Assembly: GCA_964016885.1 (NCBI GenBank)
Contig: OZ024742.1
Span: 26,784,001 to 26,848,000, forward strand
Direction: 5' to 3'
From: Eledone cirrhosa
Taxonomy: Eukaryota
DNA: 64,000 bases
Part shown: positions 13,663-28,336 of the stretch, one piece after another
Layout: the number at the start of each line of letters is the position of its first letter
Numbering within the stretch: the stretch's first letter is position 1
Made by a program: the position numbers and the translations under genes
Notes under the pieces: model-generated
Told to the model about the DNA's origin: nothing
The model's database searches: none
The model's input: the letters and a program-made list of their open reading frames with translations, nothing else

Positions 13663-14776
13663 TACACATATATATATATATATGTTACATACACATATAT
13701 ACATACACATATTTTTTTGTGTTAAGATAGCTAGAAATACATATGTATATATTTAAATTCGTGTCTTTGTGCATGTGAATACACATAGCCCTAAATATTT
13801 ACATGCATACATACATATATTGATTTTTTTATGATTACAAATGCATCTAAACATATCACCATATACATACATACACACATACACATATCTTATTAAGAGA
13901 AACATTTCTGAACATACATAGACACGACAAATGCGCATGCATTTATATTAAATACTAATATATGAGAACAAGCACACTCACACGCTCTTATGTACTTTTG
14001 TACATACACAAACACATATATACACCCAGCGTAAATATATGTACTCCTCCTCTCTTGCTCAAGCACGCACATATACACATACACACAAGCACCTTCCCAT
14101 AAATACACATCCTTATATATCGAATCTATATCTCATCTATATTCTATCGTACATTCATATACATGCACACTGCCATAAACATACATGCACATTGCAATAA
14201 CCACACATGCACACAAACTCACACACACAGGCACCCATTTACAAAGATATGGGCCTTCTAACTGAACCTCTATGTCTTTCTTTACTTCGCTTTACACACA
14301 TTCATACACATGCATATAATATTGTGTGTGGATTATAGCATCAAGACACGCATTTAGTTTTCTATATGAATCAAGTGTATTTGGTCACTGGGGAGCAAAA
14401 CAAGATTGATGTGACAAGTTCAATAGTATCAAAACGAGGCTCAGTGGAGATTAAATTGGTAATAGACAGAATTTCTACATTATCCAGAAAATTGCTTTAG
14501 TAACAAAATCCCTATTCCTGTCGGAGACTCTGACTAAACCTAAGCTGAGTTGTAGTTACATGGTCATTTTATATTAACAACATTCTATAGAAGAACTACC
14601 TGTGAATGAATATGGAAACGATATTAAATGCGTTAAGTACGTTACAATTTAACGTTTAGATAAATCGGTATTTGTTCAAATATTCCATTAAATAACAAGT
14701 TAGATTGAATTACATTAGACACAGTATACTACACCCCCCCCACCCACACACACACACATTTATATATATATATAAA

Positions 14777-14881
14777 TAGGAAAAGAATCAGGACCGCGAC
14801 AGCTGAGCTCCGGCCGTTTCGACAGCTATAGCTATTTCTGGTGCGTTATGGTCCAGCTGGTTCCTTAGCACATTTCCTTCG

Positions 14882-14884
<3 letters not shown>
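14777..14884. mobile_element. Family A short fold-back copy
   Basis: ctggtgcgttatggtccagctggttccttagcacatttccttcgttATAT terminus, with inverted gacagctgagctccggccgtttcgac. Confidence 0.75.
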
Positions 14885-14940
<56 letters not shown>

Positions 14941-16039
14941 CCATTGTTTCTGTTGTAACAGTGGCTGCTGGTGTTTTTTGCCATTCATAAAGATTCGAAT
15001 TCCAATTAACCGGGCAGACTTCCTACTGTTTCAAGCGACACCTGTCAGAGAAGCTGGATGTGAATTGTCCACCGTTAGTTAATAAATCATTCATTAATTA
15101 TAAAATGTTCTTAGTCTATTTACGAAGATATATTTCTCGATAGCACACCTTTATACCAAGGTCAAGCGTGCTGTGATGGTGTCTGCTCTTTCAAGTTTAT
15201 GTATATCGTTTATGGTCACAGAGCAATGCGGATAATAGAATTACCAGCTGGGAAACATATTTCAGGGATCTAGGTGTCGAGGTTGTGTGAATAGGGCAGT
15301 AATGGAGCATGTGCAGCAGGAACTAGTGTCCTTTCATAAAACAAGGGGAATAATAATGTAAAGAGCTCTAATTGAACAATTCGGCGATATGGTGAGATAA
15401 TCTAATATAGAACACAAGAATGAAACAACAAACATTGAGATCAATAGTTTGTTTACTTTGCTTCATGTTTGACCAAATGCTTTGTTCATGAAAAAATCCA
15501 GTAGATTTAGTTGACAATATGTACCTCAGCACAATGTCAAATAAAATGATCGATTAATGCAATGATATCCATGTAAAATTAACAAATCAACAAGTAATTT
15601 CGGGATCACTGCAATATGACTCCAACTAATAATATGCACACATACAGATAAACAATTCTATTATCATCGTTGTCACTTAGCCATGTAAGTATCCGTAGAC
15701 CATTTTCTATTTAATTTATTGTTTATTAACTCTCTATGTTCAATTCACATCCATCTCTCTGGTGTATCACTTGAAACAGCACGATTTTGTTGGGTTGATT
15801 TGACGTCTCCCTTACCTATATAAATTTATCATATCTATTTCGAGAAAGTTAAAGTTGATAATTAGCAGGAAAATATCATGCTAAGAATAAATTGCTAGAA
15901 TGAAAACTAATGAATTTTAGCGAAGTCAATTAATTGTATCTATATATTATCTATCTGAATAAAAGTGGAGTTATAACGAAATCCAATATGAGAACAATGA
16001 CCTGTAGACGTCTGCAAAAAGTTAATACAAGTAATGATA

Positions 16040-16995
16040 TAATTTCTAATTTAGGTACAAGGTCAATGGTATTAGCGGAAGGAAAAGTCGATTGAATTGA
16101 CTCCATTGCGTTACAGATGATTTATATGTTCGACCCCGTAAGGATGAAACGTAAAGCTAACTTCGGTGATATTTGAAATCAAAACCTAAAAGACCGTAAC
16201 TTTATGCTGCAAAGCACTTTGACCGACGTTAATATTTTAAGGGGAGGGAAAATTCCATTATTATGACATCGGTCTTTGTATAGGTGATATAATGTAGTCG
16301 AATGCAAGATAGAATTCAGAGAATAAAGAGCTGGAACCAATGCTGTCCAACATGTTTTAAACACTCTAGCAATTCTGCCTATCAAGTCTTCTTAATGGTT
16401 TCTAGTTTTAGCACAAGACCAGCAATGAAATGTAACGCTAGACTTGTATGGATACAAACTCAGAACGTAACATACTGGACAAACTATTCCAAAGCGACTT
16501 TTCCCACACTCTAACAATTGTGTCAAACAAACGCTCTTTGTATCGATTATAATAAAGGTTTCTAATTTAGACACAAGACGGAAAATTTGGGGAGAAAAAG
16601 AAGTCAATTAAATCGATCCAAGTGCGTTAATTTTACGTTCATTTATTGAATCTGCAAGGACGAAAAGCAAGAGTAACATCGGCGGAATTTGAACTCAGGA
16701 CGTAAAGAGCCGTAATTCTAAGTCACAAAGAATGTTGACCATCGGTTTACCGATAGTGTCAATCCACCTCCCTCAACATAATGGTTTCTGATTGAGGAAA
16801 AAACGCCTAAGATTTGGGGGAGTGGAAGTCGATTAAATCGACCCCAATGCGTTAAGTATACTTTATGTTATGACGACGTAAGGATGAATGGCAAATGTGC
16901 GCCTCGGCAGGATTTCAAATCAGAATGTAAAAGGGTATAACTATATATAGCAAAGCATGATATCTGATCTCTAGTAATACTGCCAATCCAGAGCC
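16040..16995 (-). mobile_element. Cluster of four same-orientation tRNA-SINE copies
   Basis: Repeated modules at ~16040, 16397, 16553 and 16781 (tttctaatt..cacaagg..; ggatgaa..gcaa..cggcggaatttgaactcag). Confidence 0.7.
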
Positions 16996-17431
16996 CTTCT
17001 GTGACGTTTCTAGGCTATAGTAATGCAGAATGAAAATAGAATTAAACATTGTAACTATAGCATGTCTTTTCATGGGAGGCCCTCACTGGACAAATGTGCT
17101 GTTTCTGTTTCAAATGGTTAATTTATGTCAGCCAAATTATATAGTGACATTTTCTAATAAAATCCAAACAGCAACAAAAACACCACTAACTAAACTAACT
17201 GGATTGTGTCGTTATTTTGATTCTCATACACATTAGTATTATCATTATTATTGTTGTTGTTATTATTATTATTTTGATGAATTTCGTTTTCATAATCTGG
17301 CGGATTATAACCACGCAAAATACAGAAAACAGCGGATTAAAATTCAGATTATTCCAATACTATACACAACCACTGGATTAAAATGTGACGATATAGATAC
17401 ATATGTATACATGCGTACGTGCAAAATTATG

Positions 17432-17463
<32 letters not shown>

Positions 17464-18004
17464 CATACACACACATATATATACACATACATATACAATA
17501 TGTATACATGTTTATACACACATATACATATATATATATACACACATATACATATATATATATATATATACATATATTTATACATATATATATATACATA
17601 CATATGTTATACATATATATATACATACATATGTATATATATATATATATATATATAAATAAAGCCCTTCCTTAACAAGTCATCTACCCCTTTATATTTC
17701 GATTTATAAAGGCTCTTGAGAATGTTTCCAATGAATCCTTTCATCATTTTGTATTTTATTCTCTTTACTGAAATATTAATCCGTATCAACAACAGTTGTG
17801 ATGATTCATCTTTGATTATCAGCAGCCGTCAACCCAACCAAAGGATTAACTCCGTAGGTGGGGGGACCGGCTCTGTATTACTCACTCAGTATTGATTGAA
17901 ATTTAAATATTAAATGCCCATATCACCACACCCTGACTATTCCGTTGGTCATATTTTTACATTGTCGGGCATATTTCACGAATTATGCTTAATCTCAAAA
18001 TTCA

Positions 18005-18335
18005 GTGATAGGAAATGAATGGAAAGTCTTTGTAAGACAACGAGATATATGTTTTGTTAAGGAAGGGCTTAGAAGAATTTGTAAAGCAACGAATTATGTC
18101 TTCCAAGGGAAATGGTTGGAAATGTTTGTAAGGCAACGAGTTGTGGTTTGTCAGGGAAATTGTGCGAAAGATTTGCAAGGCAATGAATTACATGTTTTGG
18201 TAAGAGAAATGATTGGTAATTATTTGTAAGGCAGCAAAGTATGTGTCTTATAAGGGAAATGGTTAGAAAATATATATATAAGGCAAATAATTATATGTCT
18301 GGTAAGGGAAATCGTCAGTAAATGGTTGGTAACAA
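18005..18335. repeat. Degenerate ~45-50-bp tandem repeat
   Basis: TTTGTAAGGCAACGA...AAGGGAAATG recurs about 7 times. Confidence 0.7.
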
Positions 18336-18469
18336 ATCATAAGTCTTGTACAAGAATGTTTAGAGTTTTGTATTTTTTTCTTCTTATTCACGCTCCAATT
18401 TAAGACTACAAAGTGTCAGAATCAATTTTACCTGTCACCATTTCAGCGTGGCTGTTGTTAATTATGGTA

Positions 18470-18660
18470 AGGGCCGCGGATGGGCAGTATTGGGAGAGGG
18501 TCGAACGCCATGCTTTGATGTATAGAGTTACGGCCCTTGCCATTCTGAGTTCAAATCCCGCCAAGTTTAACTTTGCCTTTCATCCTTACGGGGACGATAA
18601 AATAAAGTACCAATAATGCACTGGGTTATTGCTGGCATTGTGCCTAACGTAGAAACAATT
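18470..18660 (+). mobile_element. tRNA-SINE
   Basis: gagttcaaatcccgcc (B box) aagtttaactttgcctttcatcc..gataaaataaagtacc. Confidence 0.75.
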
Positions 18661-19312
18661 ATGGTGATGGTGGCGTTGGTGTTGTTGTTCTGGTGGTGGC
18701 GTTGTTATTGATGTGGTAGTGGGGGTGGTAGTGAGTTGGTGTTGTTGTTGTGGTGATGGTGGTAGTAGTGAGTTGATATTGTTGTTGTTGTGGTGATGGT
18801 GGTGGTAGTCAGTTGGTGTTGTTGTTGTTGGGTGGTGGTGGTGGCTGTGGTAGTGAGTTGGTGTCGTTGTTGTGGTGGTAGTGAGTTGGCGTTGTTGTTG
18901 TTATTGTGCTGGTGGTGGTAGTGAGTTAGCGTTGTTGTTGTTGTTGTGGTGGTGGTGGTGTTGGTAGTGAGTTGGCGCTGCTGTTGAGGTGGTGATGTTG
19001 GTAGTGAGTTGTTGTTATTGTTGTGATGTTGGTAGTGAGTTGGCGTTGTTGTTGTTGTTGTGGTGGTGGTGGTGGTGGTGGTAGTGAATTGGCGTTGTTG
19101 TTGTTGTGGTGGTGTTGGTAGTGAGTTGGCGTTGTTGTTGTTGTGGTGGTGGTGATGGCGGTAGTGAATTGGCGTTGTTGTTGTGGTGGTTATGGTAGTG
19201 AATTGACGTTGTTGTTGTTGTTGTGGTGTGGTGGTGGTGGTTAGGTGGTGAATTGACGTTGTTGTTATTGTTGTTGTGGTGGTGGTTGTGGTAGTGAATT
19301 GGCGTTGTTGCT
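18661..19312. repeat. (GGT/GTT)n-based minisatellite with GGTAGTGAGTTGGCGTTG anchor
   Basis: Direct reading; unit length is variable. Confidence 0.85.
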
Positions 19313-22300
19313 GTGGTGACTGTAGTGGTGATGTGGTAGTAGTGAGTGTAGTAGTGTTGTGGTAGTGGTGACTGTAGTGGTGTTGTGGTAGTAGTGACTG
19401 TAGTGATGTTGTGGTAGTGGTGACTGTAGTGGTGTTATTGTAGTGTTGACTGTAGTGGTGTTGTGGTAGTGTTGACTGTAGTGGTGCTGTGGTAGTGGTG
19501 AGTGTAGTAGTGTTGTGGTAGTGGCGAGTGTAGTAGCGTTGTGGTAGTGGTGACTGTAGTGGTGTTATTGTAGTGTTGACTGTAGTGGTGTTGTGGTAGT
19601 GTTGACTGTAGTGGTGCTGTGGTAGTGTTGACTGTAGTGGTGCTGTGGTAGTGATGAGTGTAGTAGCGTTGTGGTAGTGGTGACTGTAGTGGTGTTGTTG
19701 TAGTGATGACTGTAGTGGTGTTGTGGTAGTCGTGACTGTAGTGGTGTTGTTGTAGTGGTGACTGTAGTGGTGTTGTTGTAGTGTTGACTGTAGTGGTGTT
19801 GTTGTAGTGGTGACTGTAGTGGTGTTGTTGTAGTGGTGACTGTAGTGCTGTTGTTGTAGTTGTGAGTGTAGTGGTGTTGTGGTAGTGGTGACTGTGGTGG
19901 TGCTGTGGTAGTGGTGACTGTAGTGGTATTGTAGTAGTGGTTAGTGTAGTAGTGTTGTGGTAGTGGTGACTGTAGTGATGTTGTGGTAGTGGTGACTGTA
20001 GTGGTGTTATTGTATTGTTGACTGTAGTGATGTTGTGGTAGTGTTGACTGTAGTGGTGCTGTGGTAGTGGTGAGTGTAGTAGCGTTGTGGTAATGGTGAC
20101 TGTAGTGGTGCTGTGGTAGTGATGACTGTAGTGGTGTTGTGGTAGTGGTGAGTGTAGTAGTGTTGTGGTAGTGATGACTGTTGTGGTGTTGTTGTAGTGG
20201 TGACTGTAGTGGTGTTGTTGTAGTGTTGACTGTAGTGGTGTTGTGGTAGTAGTGAGTGTAGTAGTGTTGTGGTAGTGGTGAGTGTAGTAGTGTTATGGTA
20301 GTGGTGAGTGTAGTAGTGTTATGGTAGTGGTGACTGTAGTGGTGCTGTGGTAGTGATGACTGTAGTGGTGTTGTGGTAGTGGTGAGTGTAGTAGTGTTGT
20401 GGTAGTGGTGGCTGTAATGGTGCTGTGGTAGTGGTGACTGTAGTGGTGCTGTGGTAGTGATGACTGTAGTGGTGTTGTGGTAGTGGTGAGTGTAGTAGTG
20501 TTGTGGTAGTGGTGGCTGTAATGGTGCTGTGGTAGTGGTGACTGTAGTGGTGCTGTGGTAGTGGTGAGTGTAGTGGTGCTGTGGTAGTGGTGACTGTAGT
20601 GGTGCTGTGGTAGTGGTGACTGTAGTAGTGTTGTGGTAGTGGTGATTGTAGTAGTAGTGTGGTAGTGGTGACTATAGTGGTGCTGTGGTAGTGGTGCGTG
20701 TAGTAGTGTTGTCGTAGTGGTGACTGTGGTGGTGCTGTGGTAGTGGTGAGTGTAGTAGTATTGTGGTAGTGGTGACTATAGTGGTGCTGTGGTAGTGGTG
20801 CGTGTAGTAGTGTTGTGGTAGTGGTGAGTGTAGTAGTGTTGTGGTAGTGTTGACAGTAGTGGTGATGTGGTAGTGGTGCGTGTAGTAGTTTGTGGTAGTG
20901 GTGACTGTAGTGGTGCTGTGGTAGTGGTGACTGTAGTGGTGCTGTGGTAGTGGTGAGTGTAGTAGTGTTGTGGTAGTGGTGACTGTAGTGGTGCTGTGGT
21001 AGTGGTGACTGTAGTGGTGCTGTGGTAGTGGTGACTGTAGTGGTGTTGTTGTAGTGTTGACTGTAGTGGTGTTGTTGTCGTGGTTACTGTAGTGCTGTTG
21101 TTATAGTTGTGAGTGTAGTAGTGTTGTGGTAGTGGTGACTGTAGTGGTGCTGTGGTAGTGGTGACTGTAGTGGTGCTGTGGTAGTGGTGACTGTAGTGGT
21201 GTTGTGGTAGTGTTGACTGTAGTGGTGTTGTTGTAGTGGTGACTGTAGTGGTGTTGTTGTAGTGGTGACTGTAGTGGTGTTGTGGTAGTGGTGACTGTAG
21301 TGGTGTTATTGTAGTGTTGACTGTAGTGGTGTTGTGGTAGTGTTGACTGTAGTGGTGCTGTGGTAGTGGTGAGTGTAGTAGCGTTGTGGTAATGGTGACT
21401 GTAGTGGTGCTGTGGTAGTGATGACTGTAGTGGTGTTGTGGTAGTGGTTAGTGTAGTGGTGCTGTGGTAGTGGTGACTGTAGTGGTGTTTTGGTTGTGGT
21501 GAGTGTAGTAGTATTGTGGTAGTGGTGACTATAGTGGTGCTGTGGTAGTGGTGAGTGTAGTAGTGTTGTGGTAGTGGTGACTGTAGTGGTGATGTGGTAG
21601 TGGTGCGTGTAGTAGTTTGTGGTAGTGGTGACTGTAGTGGTGCTGTGGTAGTGGTGACTGTAGTGGTGCTGTGGTAGTGGTGAGTGTAGTAGTGTTGTGC
21701 TAGTGATGACTGTTGTGGTGTTGTTGTAGTGGTGACTGTAGTGGTGTTGTTGTAGTGTTGACTGTAGTGGTGTTGTTGTAGTGGTGACTGTAGTGCTGTT
21801 GTTGTAGTTGTGAGTGTAGTAGTGTTGTGGTAGTGTTGACTGTAGTGGTGTTGTTGTAGTGGTGACTGTAGTGATGTTGTGGTAGTGGTGACTGTAGTGG
21901 TGTTATTGTAGTGGTGACTGTAGTGGTGTTGTGGTAGTGGTGAATGTAGTAATGTTGTGGTAGTGGTAACTGTAGTGGTGTTGTTGTAGTGGTGACTGTA
22001 GTGGTGTTGTTGTAGTGGTGACTTTAGTGGTATTGTTGTAGTGGTGACTGTAGTGGTGTTATTGTAGTGGTGACTGTAGTGGTGTTGTTGTAGTGGTGAC
22101 TGTAGTGGTATTGTGGTAGTGGTGACTGTAGTGGTGTTGTGGTAGTGGTGACTGTAGTGGTTTTGTTGTAGTGGTGACTGTAGTGGTGTTGTTGTAGTGG
22201 TGACTGTAGTGGTGTTGTGGTAGCGGTGACTGTAGTGGTATTGTTGTAGTGGTGACTGTAGTGCTGTTGTGGTAGTGGTGACTGTAGTGGTTTTGTTGTA

Positions 22301-23995
22301 GTGGTGACTGTAGTGGTGTTGTGGTAGTGGTGACTGTGGTTTTGTTATGGTAGTGGTGACTGTAGTGGTATTGTGGTAGTGGTGACTGTAGTGTTGTTGT
22401 TGTAGTGGTGACGGTAGTGGTATTGTGGTAGTGGTGACTGTGGTGGTGTTGTGGTAGTGGTGACTGTAGTGGTATTGTGGTAGTGGTGACTGTAGTAGTG
22501 TTGTGGTAGTGGTGACTGTAGTGGTATTGTGGTAGTGGTGACTGTAGTGGTGTTGTTGTAGGGGGAACTGTAGTGGTATTGTGGTAGTGGTGACTGTGGT
22601 GGTATTGTGGTAGTGGTGACTGTAGTGGTATTGTTGTAGTGGTGACTGTAGTGGTGTTGTGGTAGTGGTGACTGTAGTGGTGTTGTTGTAGGGGTGACTG
22701 TAGTGGTATTGTTGTAGTGGTGACTGTAGTGGTGTTGTTGTAGTGGTGAGTGTAGTAGTGTTGTGGTAGTGGTGACTGTAGTGGTATTGTTGTAGTGGTG
22801 ACTGTAGTGGTATTGTGGTAGTGGTGACTGTGGTGGTATTGTGGTAGCGGTGACTGTAGTGGTATTGTGGTAGTGGTGAATGTAGTGGTATTGTGGTAGT
22901 GGTGACTGTAGTGGTATTGTGGTAGTGGTGACTGTAGTGGTATTGTGGTAGTGGTGACTGTAGTGGTATTGTGGTAGTGGTGACTGTGGTGGTATTGTGG
23001 TAGTGGTGACTGTAGTGGTATTGTGGTAGTGGTGACTGTAGTGGTATTGTGGTAGTGGTGACTGTAGTGGTATTGTGGTAGTGGTGACTGTAGTGGTGTT
23101 GTTGTAGTGGTGACTGTAGTGGTATTGTGGTAGTGATGACTGTAGTGGTGTTGTTGTAGTGGTGACTGTAGTGGTATTGTGGTAGTGATGACTGTAGTGG
23201 TATTGTGGTAGTGATGACTGTAGTGGTATTGTGGTAGTGGTGACTGGTGGTATTGTGGTAGTGGTGACTGTAGTGGTATTGTGGTAGTGGTGACTGTAGT
23301 GGTGTTGTTGTAGTGGTGACTGTAGTGGTATTGTGGTAGTGATGACTGTAGTGGTATTGTGGTAGTGGTGAATGTAGTGGTATTGTGGTAGTGGTGACTG
23401 TAGTGGTATTGTGGTAGTGATGACTGTAGTGGTATTGTGGTAGTGGTGACTGGTGGTATTGTGGTAGTGGTGACTGTGGTGGTATTGTGGTAGTGGTGAC
23501 TGTAGTGGTATTGTGGTAGTGGTGACTGTAGTGGTATTGTGGTAGTGGTGACTGTAGTGGTATTGTGGTAGTGGTGACTGTAGTGGTATTGTGGTAGTGG
23601 TGAATGTAGTGGTATTGTGGTAGTGGTGACTGTAGTGGTATTGTGGTAGTGATGACTGTAGTGGTATTGTGGTAGTGGTGACTGTAGTGGTATTGTGGTA
23701 GTGGTGACTGTAATGGTATTGTGGTAGTGATGACTGTAGTGGTATTGTGGTAGTGGTGACTGTAGTGGTATTGTGGTAGTGGTGACTGTAGTGGTATTGT
23801 GGTAGTGGTGACTGTAGTGGTATTGTGGTAGTGGTGAGTGTAGTGGTATTGTGGTAGTGGTGACTGTAGTGGTGTTGTGGTAGTGGTGACTGTAGTGGTG
23901 TTGTTGTAGTGGTGACTGTGGTGGTATTGTGGTAGTGGTGACTGTAGTGGTATTGTGGTAGTGGTGACTGTAGTGGTATTGTGGTAGTGATGATG
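19313..23995. repeat. 4.7-kb satellite, 26-bp unit GGTAGTGGTGACTGTAGTGGTRTTGT
   Basis: Direct reading. The 26-aa periodicity of the minus-strand ORFs equals 3 x 26 nt. Confidence 0.95.
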
Positions 23996-24639
23996 TTGGC
24001 GTTACCAATATTTGTTCTAGTAGCTGATTCGGTGTTGATGACAGTGGTGTTGTGGTGGCGTTGGTGTTTTGGTCGACAGTGGCGGTGTTCCGGTGGTGGT
24101 ACCACTAGAGTCGTCCAAGTAGATGCTATAATGACCATGTATATCAGATAGTTCGCCTACCTCTAGGACTACAGACATAGCCATTTTATGATATTTACCT
24201 AATTCCTGTGCACACACATAACGCAGAATTTGTTAAAATTGACTTGTCACTGGCTGTGTATATCAAAGCAAGTTATATTAATTATGCACGCCCCAGGTGG
24301 AAACAAAATGATACAATACAGGACTAGAATTGTCCTTTTATTGACAGGTCTGATCCATCGAACGGGTGTGTACATAGAGTTCGCCGATCTAATTTTAATC
24401 ATTGTCAACAGAAGACTATATATAGTAAAGACAGCAAACCAAGGTAGCACGTAGTGAGATTGAACTCGCAAAGTTAGGATTGCGAAGTTAATATCTTAAC
24501 CGGAGTAGCTAGATTAAGTCCACGTAAATCTGTTTTCTGAATAGCGAATATCAGGTAATCAATCAGTATCAATTCTGTTTAATATTGGTTAAATGATCGA
24601 TTAAATTCTCCTGTATAGCACGCTGATCTATTGCAGGAA

Positions 24640-25075
24640 GACCTTTTTTCCTGCGAAAAAAATCGATCACAGTATCGCACAAAATGAATCTCTTATGCTT
24701 ACTGTGTTATTTCTACATAAGGTGTTGGGATTTATAGGTCTCCAAAATGTTGTACATAAAGAGCGCCTTTCTGGGTCTCGAAACCTGTCTCAGTCAGCCC
24801 GCCCTCTCCCTCCTTATTCTGCCACTGACGGCCATTTTTACATATATACCTGTAACGTCAGAACAGTTCAACTGCCAAGCACGAATTGACAAAGCTATAA
24901 GAGAATCCTTCCGTTCTATCCGTGCAAAATACTATAATAGCGAGAAAAATATATTTGCATGTCCCTGGAAAAACGTTGTAGATTATAATGGCTATTTCAA
25001 TTTATTGAAGTTATTCTGAGCTGAGATATATAGCTACAAACATCGTGGTTATAAATCGCAATTATATTTACAGAT
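24640..25075 (+). mobile_element. Decayed mariner transposase C-terminus
   Basis: PPYSATDGHF (cf. HPPYSPDLAPSDYHLF) and KYYNSEKNIFACPWKNVVDYNGYF (cf. FY..GI..L..RW.K.V..NG.YF). Confidence 0.55.
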
Positions 25076-25328
25076 TTCAAAAACTTTCATATATATATGT
25101 GTGTGTGTGTTTGAATGTGTGTGTGTGGGTGGGGGGACGTCCCATTATAAACAAATACATATAAACAAATACATTATAAACAAATTCCAATATGAAGTGG
25201 GCTGCGTATAGTGGAATTCTATTATAAATGAAGCCATATGTTGAATATGAAGTTATTATATCGTGTCTGTCTTATGTAATGTTAATTAGACGAGAAGTAG
25301 CTCGGTAGTGTTCAGGGTTCTTCATTCT

Positions 25329-26491
25329 ATATATAATAATGAAATTGTGTAAAGTGCTCAGGTGCACTACAACTCGTCAAAGGTGTATGTATAGTACATA
25401 GAACAATACACAAATGTCAGGGAAGTGAATAGTGTATGAATCATGGTATATATGTGTGTATGATTATGGAGGGGGAACATTAGCTGTAGTGTTGGCGGAT
25501 CTCGGGAAGCATGGCGGCCTTAAAGGATGCAGTGTCTCGACAGCTAACAACTGATGCAGGTAGTTTGTTCCATGCTTCAGCAACTCTGAGCGTGAAAAAA
25601 TGTTTCCGAAAGTCATGGGAACTGTGCTGTTTTCTTACTTTGTGGGCATGTCCACGTATGTTAGACACATGGAATTCAAAAAGTTACTCAGGGTTGTTGT
25701 TGGCAAGATGATTAACAATTTTGTGAGTGTTTACCAAGTCAGTTGCCAGGCGTCGGAGCTTCAATGTATCCATGCCCAGGGAAGCATGGCGCTCAGAGTA
25801 TGGTAGATGCCTGATGGAGGATATTCGCTTGGTTGCACGTCTCTGAACAGTTTCCAGGCGGTCAATGTTCTGAGCAAGATAGGGGTTCCAGACTGGTGAT
25901 GCAAATTCTAAGTGTGGCCGCACCATAGCCTTAAATAGAGATCTGGAGAGTGGCTGACAAAGGTCTTACTGAGTGATGCTAAGACACCCTCGGCCCTCTT
26001 GACAATTTTAGAGACGTGCTTCGTCCAACGCAAATCGCTGCTGACCGTAATGCCCAGGTCACGTTCACAAGAAGACTTCTTGATATTAGTGCTGTGGAGC
26101 GAGTAAGTGGACACTGGGTTTTTACTCCCAAAATGCATGGTGGTGCACTTGTCCACAGTTAGCTTGAGTTGCCAGTCTGAGATCCATTGTTGCATTGTGT
26201 CCAGGTCAGACTGCAAGCAAGATCTATAGAGTTCAGGATCTGTCCTTTTTATCTCAAGGTACAGCATGATGCCATCTGCGTACTTTAGTACCGTGGCATT
26301 CTTTAAGTTGGCGTCTATGTCATTAATATATGCCACAAACATAAGGGGGCCAAGAACAGTTCCCTGTAGTACACCAGATTATATCTCATATGGTGAGGAA
26401 TGCTGTCCCAGAACCGTGACTACCTCTCTTCGACTGAGAATGAAGGACTTCAACCAGTTAAAAAGATCATCCTTCACACCCATTGCAGAGA
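25329..26491 (-). mobile_element. 5'-truncated CR1/L2-group LINE (RT 3' half plus 3' UTR), frameshifted
   Basis: GVLQGTVLGP, KYADG, ERDLGITVSSDLRW, VRPHLEFASPVWNPY, RGHAHK..RKHFFTLRVAEAWNKLP. Confidence 0.92.
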
Positions 26492-27033
26492 GTATGAAGT
26501 CATATGATATATATATATTAGCATGTGTGTGAAAGGAGAGAGCGAGAGAATGTGTGTGAATGTAGCAATTTGTTGACAGGAAAGAATCTTCTTTAAAGTA
26601 GTCTTTAGAGACATTTAGAAAATACTGGAGGGAAAAATGTGACAAAGTTGAAGTTTTCGACAATGGTATCTACAATTTATAATAGGAGACAATGTTTATG
26701 ATGTTAAATAGAACAGGAAGTAAAATAACAAGATAACATACATACACATGTATATATATATATATATATAATAGAATAATCGAGTATCGGAAAATCAGCT
26801 CACGAGTTTACGATAAGCAAATCCCACATGAGTGGCAGAGGGCTCAATAATTCAGATAAATCAGAGCTACAACTATCGTTAAAATACCAACGCACAAAGA
26901 TTATGCCTAAAATCACCCATGCAGCCGAAAAATAACGACCAGGAAGATTCGGGTATATATATATATATTGCATGCGTGTGTGTGTGTGTGTTTGTGTGAG
27001 TACACATATACGTATGCATATACGTATATATGT

Positions 27034-27183
<150 letters not shown>

Positions 27184-27267
27184 CATATATATATGTATAT
27201 ACATATATATATGTATATACGTATATATACGTATATATGTATACATATATATACGTATATATATACG

Positions 27268-27408
<141 letters not shown>

Positions 27409-27414
27409 CATATT

Positions 27415-27948
27415 CACAAACTAGAAAAAGTCATAGATATGTTTTTGGCATAAATTATGTCCTCAGAATCATTTGATAAGATATATACTCAATTTCCTCT
27501 CCTAATTAGCATAATCAACCACACAAAATAACAATTAAACCAGGCTATAAGATTAAAAGACATAATAGATAAATAAATGAATAAGATTAAAGAAATAATA
27601 GATAAATAAATGAAAGCCATCAACATCCATCGCGATGAACAGCCATAGAATATTTACTCAGCATTTCAATAGCACGTAGAAATCGATTAAATATATCGTC
27701 AACCATACACAATTAGATATAAAATTAAAGTTAGAAGAAAAATGCATATACACATTACCAGCATTACGTGTCTACCCTGTAGGGTTGCATTCGCTTTCGG
27801 AAATATCCTATCAAGGATAAATTCTCGAGCTTCGAACTCATCAGGAATCAAACTCACTTGGACAAAGTTTTTTCTTAAATGATCCCAGCCAGAAACGAAT
27901 TCAAAATGGCTAAGAACTGTGACGTGGCAGTGGTCAAGTCAGAAAGAA

Positions 27949-27950
<2 letters not shown>
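27415..27950 (-). mobile_element. Family D element copy in (TA)n, HHR at ~27768-27848
   Basis: Homologous to 44941-45420. Minus strand: gattc CTGATGA gttcg..cgaat GCAA ccctacaggg TA gacac. Confidence 0.85.
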
Positions 27951-28020
<70 letters not shown>

Positions 28021-28263
28021 ATATATATGTATATAATATATAATATCTGGGTTCCCGAGTCGTGTCAGTTAAAAAAGCCTACGCAATACGATGGTAGAGT
28101 ATAGGCATCATTTATGTTTATAGAAATGAAATCTACACAACTAGAATTGTTTGATTAGTATGAAATCTTGAGGGATGATTTCAAATGAATGAAAGATTTC
28201 TACTCCTGCAGACGTCATTACTATATATATATATACATATGTCTATTTGAATATGTATGTATA

Positions 28264-28336
<73 letters not shown>

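Noticed and set aside
17607-17792. ORF with GVDDLL resembling an RT active site
   Set aside because: No other RT motifs nearby; short AT-rich frame.
22059-24138. 649-aa and 597-aa His/Thr-rich ORFs
   Set aside because: Translations of a 26-bp satellite, open in several frames, with a unit not divisible by 3.
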